This document shows positions 11,971 through 26,372 of a stretch of DNA of 64,000 nucleotides, piece by piece. The DNA lies in NCBI GenBank assembly GCA_976551045.1, contig CDPCPM010000007.1:15500001-15564000 (forward strand), read 5' to 3'. Every line of letters begins with the position of its first letter. The stretch's first letter is position 1. The notes under the pieces were generated by a model. It made no database searches. It saw nothing but the letters and a program-made list of their open reading frames with translations, and was not told the DNA's origin. The position numbers and the translations under genes are program-made. Source of the stretch: Glaucostegus cemiculus (lineage: Eukaryota).

Positions 11971-14169
11971 GGAGATATTAGCAGTTTGCACTACACTCTT
12001 GTACAAAGGAGGACACTGAGTCTCTCTTTTCAAAGATAGATAACTTAATTTAATTTTTTCTTGCCAGGAGTGAACATAACAGTTTGATCGAATTATAGGT
12101 ATCCACATTTCTCAAGGCAAAATTTAAAAAAGTGTAGGTGCTGGAAATCTGACATAAAAATAGAAAATGCTGGAAATGCACTGTTCTGATCAAGCATCTT
12201 TGACTGAACCACGAACTGTTTGTTTCTATAGATATTGACTGACCTGCTGAACATTCCCAGCAATTTCTGTTTTTACAGACATTACTGGAGGAAGCTATTG
12301 ATGAATGCACATTGCTTTGTGGTAGCTTATTCCAACTCCACTCAGTACCAGAACAGAAAGATCTTCCATCTCTTTATTGTGAAACCAGAGTGTCCTCATT
12401 CAGACCCATTACCCCTATGCTTGCTGATCTACACCAGCCAGTTAAGCAACAAATCAAGTTTAAAATATCCACCTTTGCTTCTGATCCTCTTTCCCTGTGA
12501 TTTCCACCTGCATTACATTTGCTTTGGAACTCTCCATTTGTCCAATTTTGGTCAGTGGATCATCTTTGAATTTAACCACTTCACAACCTTTCTGATGCCT
12601 AAGTACTAAACCCTTCCTAAGCCTTCCCTCCTTGTTTATTTCTCTTTCCTCTTTTGTCTCTTTATAAAGCCTCTCTCTCCTATCAAGCTTTTGGTATTCT
12701 GACCAAATACATCCTTATTTGATTTGACATCAAATGTTGTTTGATAATGTTCATGTGAAACACATTGAGATACTTTGTTGCAGAAAAAGTCCATTTAAAT
12801 GAGGTTGTTATTGCATTCAACCATAAATGACACGTCAATAGGTGAGTAACCTGGAAGCAGACAACAAGCATTCATTTGTGCAGGCCCTTGCCAGTTATAT
12901 TTCAACTATCATGCCAAACTAGAAAGTCATCGGCTGCAGGATGACAAAGTTTGTCTCCTGATGGCATGGCAAGTGTTCAGAATGCATACGATGAGATCAT
13001 TACCAATGTAAGGAAGCTGATGATGCGGGTAACTGGCATGAAGCACTGCCTGGACTAATCTGGAGGACCCCTGAAGTAATTGTATACTAGATTGTGTACA
13101 TCTATAACAGTGATAACCAAAACCTCAGAGCTTCAAACCCTTGGAGTCTTGTGTGATGATATTCAGAAGTTCTTACACAATTTTTATGCGTACATGTACA
13201 TTGCTATGCATCCTTGCAGAATCATCCTAAGAGCGAGATGCTTTGTGAGTTACCATCCTGGTTGTAAGCCCTTTGGAAGTTGCAATTTGCTTTATCAGTC
13301 ACTGAATTCTTGTGTCACTTGGATTGAAAATTTTAGCCATATCTGAGAAGCACTCGTTCACCAAATGGCAGCATTAGTATGACATGTATGCAAGATGTGG
13401 CTGCATGCCTTTACTCTCTAAAGTACATGAGTCATCAATGGCAGCCACATGGTTACTCAGGTGGCAACCCTTTAAATGTTGACTGCAGTCTTTTGATGAT
13501 TTACACAGTTCTACCTAGTGTTGAGAGCAATCAGAACTGGAAGCTTGCCTAGTGTAGCTAATTAGATTGGCTTCATCCAAAGTTGGCAAGTATCCTGCCT
13601 CATTAGTGTGAGGAGAAGAACATTTACCCATATTTTATTATTAAGCCCCCAAAAAGGTGTTCTTTGCTTTATTGGTGTCGATTTTTCCAATGCACTCCAT
13701 ACATTTGTGTTATCTCTCCGAATGAGAGTTAGTGCCATCACATGTTGAATTATAACCTATTTAGTATTGTGCTTCATATTCAATATGAATAAGATTAATA
13801 TTGTCCAGTCTCATTTCAAAATCCACACCTCAGGACAAGATATTTTACATTATTAGTTTGGATTGGTTTGGAAAGTGACACGGCATCAAATTGCTCCAGA
13901 ACTTTGAATTTAGTCCAGTAAACCAATCTTTGCATATTTGGACAGATTACATTGGAGAAACATCACAAACTACCATGTGTTGACAGAGCTAAGCTAAATA
14001 ACCTGTTTCATTGAGTGCCATACAATTCTGAAACATATACTGTAGAAAATTTCAGGATGGATTCAGGTTCCTGTTCTCCCATTGCACATGCACATGTGGA
14101 TGTTTAATACAGGCACATAATTCAAATTTGTTGCATTGGTTGCCACTACTAGCAGGCCAAGATTTAGGA

Positions 14170-14550
14170 TCATGGAGTCATAGAGCTACACAGCACGGAA
14201 ACATGCCCTTCAGCTCAACCTGTCATACCGACCAATTTTCCTACCTGAGCTACTCCCATTTGCCTGTGCTTGGCCCATATTCCTTCAAACCTTTCCTCTC
14301 CTTGCACCTGTCTAAATGACTTGTAATTATTACCCACCTCTACCGCTTCTTCTGGCAGCTTGTTCCATATACCCTTTACCCATTCTGTGAAAAACTTTCC
14401 CTCCAGGTCCCCTTTAAATCTTTTGATTTTAGCCTTAAACCTATGTCCTCTAGTTTTGGACTCCTCTACCCTGGGAAAAAGACTATGACCATTCACCTTA
14501 ATCTATGCCCCTCATGATTTTATATATTTCTATAAGGTCACATGTCAGCC
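14170..14550 (-). mobile_element. CR1 3' fragment
   Basis: ORF 14215-14496 LFPRVEESKTRGHRFK...FFTEWVKGIWNKLPEEAVE. Confidence 0.88.
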
Positions 14551-16879
14551 TCCTTTTAAGTTGACTCTTTCTCTCCAGAATCTGTTCTGTCTTTTCCCTT
14601 AACATTTTGTATCGCGTTGTTTTGTGTGAGCAAAGGAATAGCTACCTGACTGCTCCATTGTTAGTCCTTGCTTAAGAGTGAAGGTTATCTCTTGTGATCT
14701 TTCCTTCCTCAGACTTGTCCTAAGGGATGCGTTTTTACTGTATGACTGATCCAATACAACAATATTCCTTTACCATTGATTGAATGTTGGTGATGTTACT
14801 TGTGCCAAAAGATTTGGTTGGAATACTTGGTTGCATCATTTAGCAAATAGAATATGAACAGAATGTTCCACGGGAATCTTGACAAGCTCTTCCATTTGCT
14901 TTCATTACGAGGTTCAGCACTTGAAGGCACAGAATATAGTGGAAATAATAGCAATTTGATAGCAAATAATGCTCTTATTAAGTGGTTTGGGACATTTACC
15001 AAGTTAAAGGTGTTGTAAGTATCGTTGTTGTTGATGAAATGCTCATTCCTTGATATGTCTGTGGTTTTCCCCAAACCACTCTACCTTTCTACCGCTCTGC
15101 CCTTTCAAGATGCTCTCTAAAGCTTACTCTTTTGATCAAGCTTTTGGTTGCATAGTATCTTTTTGCATGGCTTGGTGTCAGATTTTGTTTGGTAATGCTC
15201 CTGTGAATCCCCTTGGGATATGTTGCTATGTTAAAGGCACTATGTAAATACAAGCTGTTCTTGCTGTGTGAGTTGCTGGACTACATTCTGTTCATGCTAC
15301 CTTCCTGTGAGCCATATAACTTGTTCAATATGGATGTTGTAAAATTATGCTTTAGAAATTCATTTTAATCTATAATTGACAGTGCCCGTAAGCAAAATGG
15401 TCATCAGTCAGATGGAGGTCATCCCATGAAGGTCCCTCAAGTGAACATTTGTCAGTACGAAGCACTTCCTATTTCCTCCCTTTCCCTCATGAAGGAAACT
15501 GTTTGTGTATTCAAGAGTTCAAAACAACTGTAGAAAAAATACAAATTTCAGGCTTCCTTTAAATAAAACATGGTTAGTTCACCAGAAATGCCTTCAGAAT
15601 GTCATTGAATTTTATTGGAGCTGTTCAGCATAGTTGCACATGCTTGAAATTGAACAAATATATTACAATATTACTGAGACAGAGTAGAATCAAAACAAGG
15701 CAAGGGAGATGACATCAGATACTGGTTGCAGTTTTCACACATAAACCAATTCTTGTTTTTCATTCAGTAAAACAATTTCTGAATGCAAACCACACACTAG
15801 ATTATTCAAAGCAAAAAAAATCCCTTGAGCCCAAATTCTTCTTATTTTGTCTGTGCTTGTTGCTTTCAGGCAACCAGCAGTTTGTAGATCAACTTAATCA
15901 GGAATTGCTCACATATCACAAAATTCAGAAATACTATTACTGAACTCATGTATTGTTTTCACCTTCGCATTATCAATCCTGGAGGAGAATGAAATTGTTA
16001 GCTTTGGAATGAAACATTCTTTGGCTTTTGAAAGCCATTTGTTTCACTTGGTGTAGATGTGCAAAGGCATAATTATATCTTATGTTTCCAAGCATTGTTG
16101 TTATCAGTGACCCACTGGATGATGGCCAGCCTTTTGCAAGAATGAATACTGCATCTGTTCTCTTCTGCAAAGTTTAAACAAGTTACACTCGTCTTTCAAT
16201 GGACACCTGTGCAAAAGATGCACAAATAATGGAAGAGTTGCATTATGAAATTTTTCCAGTCTGAAAATGACTCAGAAGGACTGAAGTTCAATGTGCCACG
16301 TGTGGATCTGCTTAATGGCAGAAATACTCATCTTTTAGCAGAGAAAACAAGAGTCTGCTCATCTAAGAGATTTTTATGTGACCGGTTTTTAAATTTCTGC
16401 TGTTAGCTTAAAACAATAAAAGAACAGTGTTTTCTTGTTTGCTGAGTCTGCGATTAGGTCAAAGGTGAATGGCATATGGGCCAATTGATTGTTGAAAGTA
16501 TATAGCTGATATCGTGTGGTCAGTTGGTAAATGGCAACAGGCTGTGGGGAAGATATCTGGGTAAATTTATCAGCTTGTCACCAGGGAAAAACTGACACTG
16601 CAAACCTGCACCCCTTATAGAAATCAACTGTTACTGTGTTATGGGAAATAGAAAAAAGACAAACTTACTAACAGACAGCCATTTCATTAAATCTGTTTTA
16701 AGCCTGTTTTGTTGAAATGTTCTTATTTCAGTCCTGATGCAGGGTTTCACACTGAAACATCAACAATTCCTTTCCTTCCACAGATGCTGCTTGACCTGCT
16801 GAGTTCTTTCAGCAGGTTGTTTGTTGATCCATATTCCAACATCTGCAGTGTCTCGATAGTATAATCCAGTTCATCAGAC

Positions 16880-17632
16880 CATGTCAAAGTCAAATTTATT
16901 GTTGTATGGACAAGTACGTGTATGCACAGCGATGGAAAACTTACTTAAATTAAATTTTAAATTTTGTATTTATAGCGTGGTAACAGGCCCTTTTGGCCCA
17001 ACAAGTCCACGCCACCCATTTTAACCCCCCAAATTAACCTACCTGTACGTCTTTCAGAATGTGAGAGGAAACCAGAGCACCCGGGGGAAACCCACGCAGA
17101 CACGGGAGAACGTACAAACTCCTTACAGTCAGCGATGGGAATCGAACCCCGATCGCTGACGCTGTAACAACGTCGTGCTAATAGTATTAGAGACACAACA
17201 TTCAGAAGAAAAACATAAACTAAACATATACAGTATTATACAAGAATTGTACAAGAAAAAACACAATTAGAACCAAAAAATAAACAAAGGTCATCATTGT
17301 ACAAAGTGGTCAAAGTGGTCATAGGGTGACTTGTACTGAGGTAGTGATTAGGGTTGTGCAGGCTTGTTCAAGAACTGAATGGTTGAAGGAAGGTAGCTGG
17401 CGGTGTGGGACTTAAGGCTTCTGCACCTGCTGCCCAATGATAGCTGTGAGAAGATGGCATGGCCCAGGTCGTGAGGGTCTTTGATGATAGGTGCTATTTT
17501 CTTGAAACTGTGCCTCATGTAGATACTTTTGATGGTGGAGAGGGATGCGCCTGTGATGTATTGAGCTGAGTCCACCACTCTCTGTGGCTTCTTACATTCC
17601 TGCACATTTGAATTGCTGTACCAGACCATGAT
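16880..17632 (-). mobile_element. Rex1/Babar 3' fragment with a SINE nested in its 3' UTR
   Basis: ORF 17348-17629 (QRVVDSAQYITGASL...IIKDPHDLGHAIFSQL) matches the Rex1 C-terminus; AATAAA-type tail near 16885-16900 on minus. Confidence 0.8.
16946..17181 (-). mobile_element. tRNA-derived V-SINE, CR1-type tail (type A)
   Basis: GGGTTCGATTCCC B-box; V-domain; tail GGGCCAAAAGGGCCTGTTACCACGCT plus AT-rich end. Confidence 0.9.
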
Positions 17633-18811
17633 GCATTACTCTGCACTCCCTGCGTGTTCTTCCACTGAGATTAGGAACCAAAAGTGGAATATATTAGTAC
17701 TCTGACAATGAGGATGGGATGGAAAAGAATCGGGGCTGCTTGAAGTAAAATCCATTGAATACATTGAGTGATTGTGGTAGATTTGGTCTGAGAATTCACA
17801 GAAACTTCAAAATGCGGACTTGAAATGATGGACTCTCGACTTGAGCTCAGAAGGAATAAGGCATGCTGATTGTCTAATATCATCCCCTATAACTGTTAAA
17901 GCAGGAACTGTGCAAGATGGTAGCTCAGAACCAATCTAGCTATAAAGGGAACTTTGACATTTATGATAAAGCATACAAGTCCTCCAGTTCTTAAACGGAA
18001 TGGATAGAGATGTTCTTCAGGGCAAACTATATTGTTGAAATTGAGGGCAAGAATGACAGTGTGCCTGCTCAAAAAAAGACAAACTAGAGTGTAAGAGAGC
18101 AATCTTATTAATAAAGATAGATACATTTGCCATTTTGGCAGATCTCTGATGCCATGCAAGACAAAAGATGTTTCACTTGAGAAAGTGTTTGAGAGATTGG
18201 AGAATCACTTTAAGTGACACCCTTGGAAATCGTAAAAAGGTACAAAAAAGTCTAGGGGAGCAAATTTAGTCTAAATGATTAAATATGCAAGACTTAATCG
18301 TTAAGTGTGCAGGTAAAATTACCACATGGTTGGAGATGGCTTCCAAAGCACTGAAGAATTTTGGCCATGCATAATGTCACTGTTAATATTGTATATGGGA
18401 AGATAAATATGGTAAAGGTGGGAGTCCTGATACTAAGTTCAGATAACATGAAGTTTGGCACAAAAGGCAGGGCTGGTGGGAAAAGCTGTTCATAATATAA
18501 TGTAGATCACCCATTACATGTTTTCCCATTTACAGCAGTGAAACGCTTCACCCTCAGAAAGGAAGAGTGCGTAGCCTTAGTGTGTAAGGCTAGATCTAGG
18601 AATGGAAGACAGAATGATGTTAGCCAAGTACTTTCTCAAAATAAGGGCACAAGAAGCACAATAAGAAACAAGAGCTGGACGAGGCTGTGCAGCCCCTTGA
18701 GCCTGCTCTGTCATTCAGCAATGTCATGGATAATCTGAACTTGGAACCAGGTTCACTTTTCTGCTTGTTCGCCATCACCCTGGACTTCCTGATGGACTAA
18801 AATCAATTTCA

Positions 18812-21240
18812 TAGAACATAGAACAGTACAGCACAGGACAGGCCCTTCAGCCCATGATGTTGGGCTGAACTAATTAAACCAATGACTGCTAATTAATCTA
18901 ACCCCTCTTCTCCGCACAGTGATCATATCCCTCCCTTCTCTGCATATTCATGCGCCTTTCTAAAAGTCTCTTAAATGCCCCTATGCTGTCCGGCTCTAAA
19001 TTAGTAAATTGCTTTATTATCACATGTACTGAGGTACAGTGAAAACTTTGTTTTGCATTCCATCCATCAAATCATTTCATTACAACAGTGTATTGAGGTA
19101 GTACAAGGGAAATCAATAGCAGGATGTAGAATAAAGTGTTACAGTTGCAGAGAAAGTGCAGTGCAAGCAAACGATAAGGTGAAAGGCCATAATGAGGTAG
19201 ATTGCAAGGTCAAGAGTCTATATTATTGTACCAGGGGACCATTCAATAGTCTTATAACAGTGGGAAAGCTGTCCTTGAGCCTGGTGGTACATGCTTTCAG
19301 CCTTTTGGATCTTTTGCCTGATGGGAGTGGGGAGAAGAGAGAATGTCTGGGGTGGGTGGGGTTTTTTGATTATGCTGGCTGCTTTACCAAGGCAGCAAGA
19401 AGTATAGACAGAGTCCATGGAGGGGAGGCTGGTTTCTGTGATGCGCTGAGCTGTGACCACAACTCTCTTCAATTTCTTGTGGTTTCAGGCATAGTAGGTG
19501 CCACACTAAGCCGTGATGCATCTAGATAGGATGCTTTCTAATGTGCAGCGATAAAAATTGGTGAGGGTCAAAGCGACATGCCAAATTTCTTTAGCCTCCT
19601 GAGGAAGTAGAGATGCTGGTGAGCTTTCCCAGCCATGGTGTCTACGACATCGGACCAGGACAGGCTATTAGTGATGTTCACTCCTAGGAACTTGAAGCTT
19701 TCAACTCTCTTCACCTCAGCACCATTGATGTAGACAGGAGCATGTGCACTGTCCCCCTTCGTGAAGTCAATGACCAGCTCTTTTACATTGCTGATATTGA
19801 GGAAAAAGCTGTTGTCATGACACCATGCACTAGGCTTGCTATCTCATTCCTGTACTCTGACTCGTTATCCGACCCACTATGGTGGTGTCATCTGCAAACT
19901 TATAGAGCAGAATCTGCCCACGTCATCATAAGTGTATAGGGAGTAGGCTAGAGCACTGAGGACGCAGCCTTGTGAGGCATCAGTGTTGAGGATAATTGTG
20001 GCAGAGGTGTTGCTGCCTATTCTTACAGATCATAGTCTGTTGGTTAAGAAGTCAAGGATCCAGTTGCAAAGGGAGGTGTTGAGTCCCAGGAGTTTGGAGT
20101 TGAGTTTGCTTGGAATTATAGTATAGAAGGTGGAGCTGTAGTCAATAAACAAAAGTCTAGTGTAGGTGTCTTTACTGTCCAGATGCTGCAGAGATGAATG
20201 TAGAACCAGGACTGCCATGGACCTACCACTACCCCTGGCTGTGCAGTCCAGGCCCTACCACTCTCTGTGTAAAAAGCTTGCCTTGCACATCTCCTTTGTT
20301 CTTCCCCCTTCTCATTTCAAAAACATGCCCTCTTGTATGTGACACTTCAGTCCTGGGGAAAAAGATAATGAATGCCTTGCATAATTTTATAAACTTCTAT
20401 CAAATCTCCCCTCAGCCTACACTACTCGAGGGAACACAGCCCCAGCTTGTCCAACCTCTCCTCATAGCACATGTCCTTCAAACCAGGCAGCATCCTGGCA
20501 AACCTCTTCTGCACCCTCTCCAAAGCTTCCACATCCTTCCTATAATGAGGTGACCAGAATTGAATGCAATACTCCAAATGTGGCCTAACCAGAGTTGTTT
20601 AAAGCTGTAACATAACTTCCTGGCTCTTGAACTCAATGCCTTGACTAATGAAGGCAAGCATGCCATATGCCTTCTTTACCACCCTATCAACCTGTGTGTC
20701 CACTTTTAGGGAGCCATGTACCTGGACCCCAAGATTCCTCTGTTCATCAATGCTGTTAAGGATCCTGCCACAAACTGTGTACTCTCCCTTTATGTTTGAT
20801 CTTCCAAAGTGCAGCATCTGCCACTTCTCAACACACATCTATATTCTGCTGTATCTTTTGGCAGTCTTCTGTGCAATCCGCAACACCACCAATCTTAGTG
20901 TCGTCTGCAAACTTACTCACCCACCCTACCACGTTTTCATCCAAATCATTTATATGTATGACAAAGAACAAAGGTCCAGTACAGATCACTGTGGAATACC
21001 ACTAGTCACAGACCTCCATCCAGAATAAGACCCATCCACCACTACATCATGTCTTCTATGGGAAAGCCAATTTTAGATCCAATCAGCCAAGTCACCCGTG
21101 GATTTCATGCATCCTAATTTTCTGGATGAGCCTCCCATGCGAGACCTTGTTGGATGCATTACTAAAATCCATGCATACAACATCCACTGCTCTACCTTTA
21201 TCACCTTTGTCACCTCCGAGAAAAACTCAATCAGGTTAGT
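18812..21240 (-). mobile_element. Decayed CR1 LINE fragment (RT plus 3' end) split by the Rex1 insertion
   Basis: CATAGAA tail at about 18810-18825; resumes at about 20226 (CCACTACCCCTGGC); degenerate KKAYGMLAFISQGIEFKSQEVMLQL and LTNLIEFF. Confidence 0.88.
18998..20225 (-). mobile_element. Decayed Rex1/Babar LINE inserted into a CR1 3' end
   Basis: [19 protein letters not shown] and CNWILDFLT (ORF 20030-20218); AQRITETSLPSMDSVYTSCCLGKAASII (ORF 19218-19472); tail TTTCACTGTACCTCAGTACATGTGATAATAAAG on minus. Confidence 0.88.
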
Positions 21241-21419
21241 CAGACGCAGAAAGCCAAACTTAACAAACTTGATTTCAAACCTAAACATTTTCAATGACTT
21301 TCACAGCTTTTTGAGGGGCAGAGAATTCCAAAGATTCGTGGACCACGGAGCAAGTTCCTCCTTATCCTTGCCCCGAGTTCTAGGCTCCCCCACTGGGGTA
21401 AACACCTTCTCAGCATCTG

Positions 21420-23480
21420 GGCTGCACTTGGAGTATTGTGTGCAGTTCTAGTTGCCCCATTATAGGAAGGATGTGGAGGCTTTGGTGAGGGTGTAGAAGA
21501 GGTTTACCAGATGCTGCCTGGATTAGAGGGTATTAGCTAAAAGGAGAAGTTGGACAAACAATAGAACAATAGAACAATACAGCACAGAACAGGCCCTTCA
21601 GCCCATCAAGCTGTGCCATCCTACAAACATCTCCCAACTAACTCTTTCCACCCTCATATCCTACTATTCCACATTCTTCCATGTGCTTATCTAACAATCT
21701 CTTAAACCTGTCCAACGTATCTGCCTCCACTACCACCCCAGGCAGTGCATTCCATGCACCAACCACTCTCTGGGTGAAAAACTTCCCTCTGACATCTCCC
21801 CTATACTTTCCACCTATTATCTTAAAGGCATGCCCTCTCGTCTTGAGCATCTGCGCTCTGGGAAAGAGGCGCTGACTATTAACTCTATCTATTCCTCTCA
21901 ATATCTTAAACACCTCTATCAAGTCCCCTCTCATCCTCCTCCTCTCTAATGAGTAGAGCCCTAGCACCTTAAGCCTCTCTTTATATTCCATACCCTCCAA
22001 TCCAGGCATCATCCTGGTAAAACGCCTCTGCACCCTCTCCAACGCCTCCACATCCTTCCTATAATGCGGCGACCAAAACTGAACACAATATTCCAAGTGC
22101 GGCCTAACTAGAGTTTTGTAAAGCAGCATCATCACCTCTCTGCTCTTGAACTCAATCCCTTTATTTATAAAAGCCAACATCCCATAAGCCTTCTTAACAG
22201 CCCTATCCACCTGCGAGGCAACTTTGAGTGAACTGTGGATATGAACCCCCAGATCCCTCTGCTCCTCTACACTGCCAAGAACCTTACCATTTACCTTATA
22301 CTCTGTCCTGGAGTTTGTCCTCCCAAAGTGCACCACCTCACACTTCTCCGGATTAAACTCCATCTGCCACCTGTCAGCCCATTTCTGCATCCTATCAATA
22401 TCCCCCTGTAAGCTCCTACAGTCCTCCACACTATCAACCACACCACCGATCTTGGTGTCATCTGCAAACTTACCAACCCATCCCGCCACTCCTTCATCCA
22501 AATCATCGATGAACATAACAAAGAGTAGAGGCCCCAGAACCGATCCCTGCGGGACTCCACTAGTCACAGCCCTCCAATCCGAGGGCACTCCCTCCACCAT
22601 AACCCTCTGCCTTCTACAGGAAAGCCAATTTCTTATCCACACAGCCAACCTCCCCTGGATACCTCGACCTCTGACCTTCTGAAGAAGCCTGCCATGAGGA
22701 ACCTTATCGAACGCCTTACTAAAATCCATATACACTACATCCACCGCCCTGCCTTCATCAAGCTTCCTCGTCACCTCCTCAAAGAATTCTATCAGGCTCG
22801 TGAGGCAAGATCTTCCCTTCACAAAGCCATGCTGACTGTCCCTAATCAGTCCATGACTCTCCAAGTGCTCATAGATCCTGTCCCTCAAAATCCTTTCCAA
22901 CAGCTTACCTACCACAGACGTGAGGCTCACCGGTCTGTAATTTCCTGGACTATCTCTACTGCCCTTCTTAAACAAGGGAACAAAATCCGCTACTCGCCAA
23001 TCCTCCGGCACCATCCCCGTGGACAACGAGGACTCAAAGATCCTCACCAGCGGATCAACAATCTCCTCCCTCGCCTCCCAAACTTGGATTGTTTTCTCTG
23101 GAGCATCAAAGGCTGAGGGGAGACCTAATAGAAGTTTATAAAATTATGAGAAGCATAGATAAGTAGACAGCCAGAATCTTTTTCCCAGCATAGAAATATC
23201 GAATACTAGAGGGCATAGCTTTAAGGTGAGAGGGGGAAAGTTTAAAGTGGATGTGTGGGGCAAGTTTTTTTACACAGAGAGTGGTAGGTGTCTGGAATGT
23301 GCTACCAGGGGTGGTAGTGGAAGCAGATATAATAGTGGCATTCAAGAGACTTTTAGGTAGGCACATGAATATGCAGGGAATCAATGTCAGGCAGGAGCAA
23401 TTAGTGTAATTTGCTGTTATGCTTGGCATAGACATGGTGCGCTGAAGGGCCTGTTCCTTTGCTGTACTGTTGTATATTCT
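21420..23480 (+). mobile_element. Older CR1 3' fragment split by the young CR1 insertion
   Basis: HLEYCVQF-coding segment at 21420-21559 resumes at 23080 (AAACTTGGATTGTTTTCTCTGGAG) and ends in a CR1 3' end near 23445-23480. Confidence 0.9.
21560..23079 (-). mobile_element. 5'-truncated young CR1 copy (RT plus 3' end), same family as 54684-58293
   Basis: ORF 21638-23047 differs from the full copy at only 6 residues; same AACAATAG tail; CAAAC target-site duplication at 21555-21559 and 23079-23083; interrupts an older plus-strand CR1. Confidence 0.96.
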
Positions 23481-24584
23481 CCAAACAGTCTGTAATATAG
23501 ATACAGTTAGAATATATATATTAAGGGGCACAAAGTCCACACACACAGTAAACCAAATACCAAGCTAATTTACTACATGGGAAGAGGAGGCTTTAACCAA
23601 CTTGAATTACAAAATGTGTTGGTCAGACTTGCATGCAACATACATTTGGTTTGATCCCCAAAGCTTTTAAGAATATTTGGCTTTGTAGGCACTATAATGG
23701 AACCCCAGATCGACCTATTGATAATGAACAACATCCTTTGTACTAAATCTGTTTGCTAAACTGGCATAGGCAAAGTTCTTGACCAAATTGGACTTAATAT
23801 GAAGAAAATCAACACTACCTGAGAAATAACACTTTAAAGAGTTTTATTCATATGCTAAGCTGTTTTATGGCATGGAGTCATCACCCAAAATATTGCAGGC
23901 CACCACAGACAGGATGTAAAAGGGTCTGTTAACAAGTTTTGATCACACCTGCCACAGAGGAGGAAGATCTCCAAGTATTTGAAGAGATCTTCAAGAAATT
24001 TCAGGATAATAATGTTAAACTTCAGAAGAGTAAATGCTTCCTTATCCAGAAAGGATTGGTTTATTTGGACCCACGAGTGAACAGAAATAGCCCACAACTG
24101 GTCAGGGAATTAGCTGAGGCCAATTTAAGAATGTCACTGAATTTCCGTCTTTGGAAGGCACAGTCCAAAATTGCCTCAGATTTCTGCCAAAAAACTGCAT
24201 CAAAGGCAGAAACATGAATCATTGTGGTGAGGAAAGGAGCAAGAGATGGCTGACAATTTCTGCGAGAGAAGTCTGAATAGTGAGTACATCCTGGTGCACT
24301 CTGACAATATTTGCATAATGAGGATTGCTTGTAGTGCCACCGGCTACGGAGCTGGGATGGTTACAAGCCACGTTATGGATAATAGCTGGGAAAAGCCTTT
24401 GTGTTGTGCACACAAACAAGTGCAAGAGGGACAAGGTTCAGATGGAAAAAGGCAGCACTGGGAATCCTAAATGGGTCAAAAAGGTACCATCTATTCTTTT
24501 TTTAGCAGACAATTCACATTGGTCACAAATCACAAATAATTGTCAGCCATTCTCAAACCTTTGTTCAGAATTTTTAAAATATTT

Positions 24585-24850
24585 CTTTATTCATCAAAAC
24601 ACACAATGAAATGCATCTTTTGTGTGGAATGTTCTGGGGGCAGCCTACAATTGTCGCCACGCTTCTAGTGCCAGCATAGCATGTCCACAACTTCCATACG
24701 TCTTTGGATCGTAGGAGGAACCCGGAGCACCCAGAGGAAATCCACGCAGACACATGGGGAGAATGTACAACCTCCTTGCAGTCAGCGGCCGGAATTGAAA
24801 TGGGATCACTGGCGCTGTAATAGCGTTATGCTAACTGCTATGCTACCATA
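24585..24850 (-). mobile_element. tRNA-derived V-SINE, Rex1-like tail (type B), nested in Gypsy
   Basis: Same head and V-domain as type A; tail GATGCATTTCATTGTGTGTTTTGATG...AATAAAG on minus. Confidence 0.85.
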
Positions 24851-24914
24851 ATGCTGGCCTGAAGAAAGCTCCAATATAAGTATAACAGAATCAGCAACTT
24901 TTCATGTAACCTTT

Positions 24915-26372
24915 CAGCGGTATTCACAAAGAAAACGGACTTTGTAGTTGGAGAATTCAGTGAAGAGGAAGATGAAAGTCTAGTGCAAGTCTTTATAAAT
25001 AAAGAGGAGGTACCCAATGACTATGGGAGGCAAGGGAAGAGATTGTTGGGGCTCTAACTGAGATTTTTAAATCTTTGCTGGCCATAAGTGAGGTATCAGA
25101 TGACAGGAGGATGGAAAATGTGGTCCCCCTTTTCAAGAAGAGCAGCGGGGAAAAGCCTGGTAATTACAGACCAATGAGCCTAACATCAGCAGTAGGGAAG
25201 TTATTGGAAAAATTTCTGAGGGAAAAGACTAATGATCGCTTGGAAAGGCAGGGACTTACCAGAGACAGCCAACATGGCTTCGTCAAGACCAGATCTTATC
25301 TGACCAACCTGACTGAATTTTTTTGAGGAGTTAACAAAGTGTATTGATGAGGGCAGTGCAGTAGGTGTGGTGCACATGGACTTCAGCAAGGCCTTTGACA
25401 AGGTCCCACTTGGAAGACTGATCCAAAAGGTTAGAGCCCTTGGAATCCAGGGCAGGTTGGTAAATTGGATCCAAAGTGATGATAGAAAGTTGCTCCTGTG
25501 ATTGGGGTACCTGTGACTAGTGGTGTTCCACAGGAATGGAGAGTCTTAGGGTACAGGGTAATAGCAATGTGGTGGTGAAATGGGTTGAGAAATGGAGATG
25601 GAGTTTAATCCAGATAAATGTCAGGTGATGCATTTTGGGAGTAGTAATAAGGTTAGGACATACACCATGAGTGGTAGGGAGTACTGAGGAACAGAGGAAC
25701 CTTGGTGTACAAGTCCAAAGGTTCTTGAAGGTGGCAGCCCAGGTAGATGATGTAGTTAAGAAAGCACATGGGATACTGGCTTTCTTTAGTTGGAACAGTG
25801 AATACAAGAGCAGGGAGGTTATGCTCCAACTTTATAAAACATTGGTCAGACCTCAGCTGAAGTACTACATGTAGCTCTGGTCATGACACTATAGGAAGGA
25901 TGTGATAGCACTGGAGAGGGTGTAGAGGAGATTCATCAGGATGTTGGCTGGGAGGCAACATTTTAGTTATGAGGAGAGACTGGAGAGGCTAGGTCTGTTT
26001 TCCCTGGAGCACAGTAGGTTAAGAGGGAACATGACTGAGGTATATAAAATTATGAGGGGTATATGGAGGAAACTTTGTCCCAAATCAGAGGTAGATACAG
26101 TATAACCAGAGGACGTAGATTTCGGGATTTAGAGGTGATCTGAAGGGGGCCTTTTTCACCACAATCGTGGTAAGTACCTGGAATGCACTGCCAGAGAGAA
26201 TGGTGGAAGCAGGGTTGCTGACAGCATTTAAGGAATGTCTAGAAGAACACAAATTGCCTAGATATCAAAAGCTGTGGACCAAGTACTCAAGAATGGGATC
26301 AATACGGAAGGGTGCCTGGATGAGTTGGGCTGAATGGCCTATTTCCATGCATATGACTCCATGGCTTTAAGA
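24915..26372 (+). mobile_element. Decayed CR1 LINE (RT to 3' end) nested in the Gypsy element
   Basis: NVVPLFKK...PGNYRPMSLTS...DSQHGFVK (25075-25326); DFSKAFDKV; KSREVMLQLYKTLVRP; CR1 3' end near 26320-26370. Confidence 0.9.

Noticed and set aside
18535-18590. Exon-like segment after a TTTACAG acceptor (SETLHPQKGRVRSLS)
   Set aside because: Peptide not recognised; such splice-like matches are expected by chance in 64 kb.
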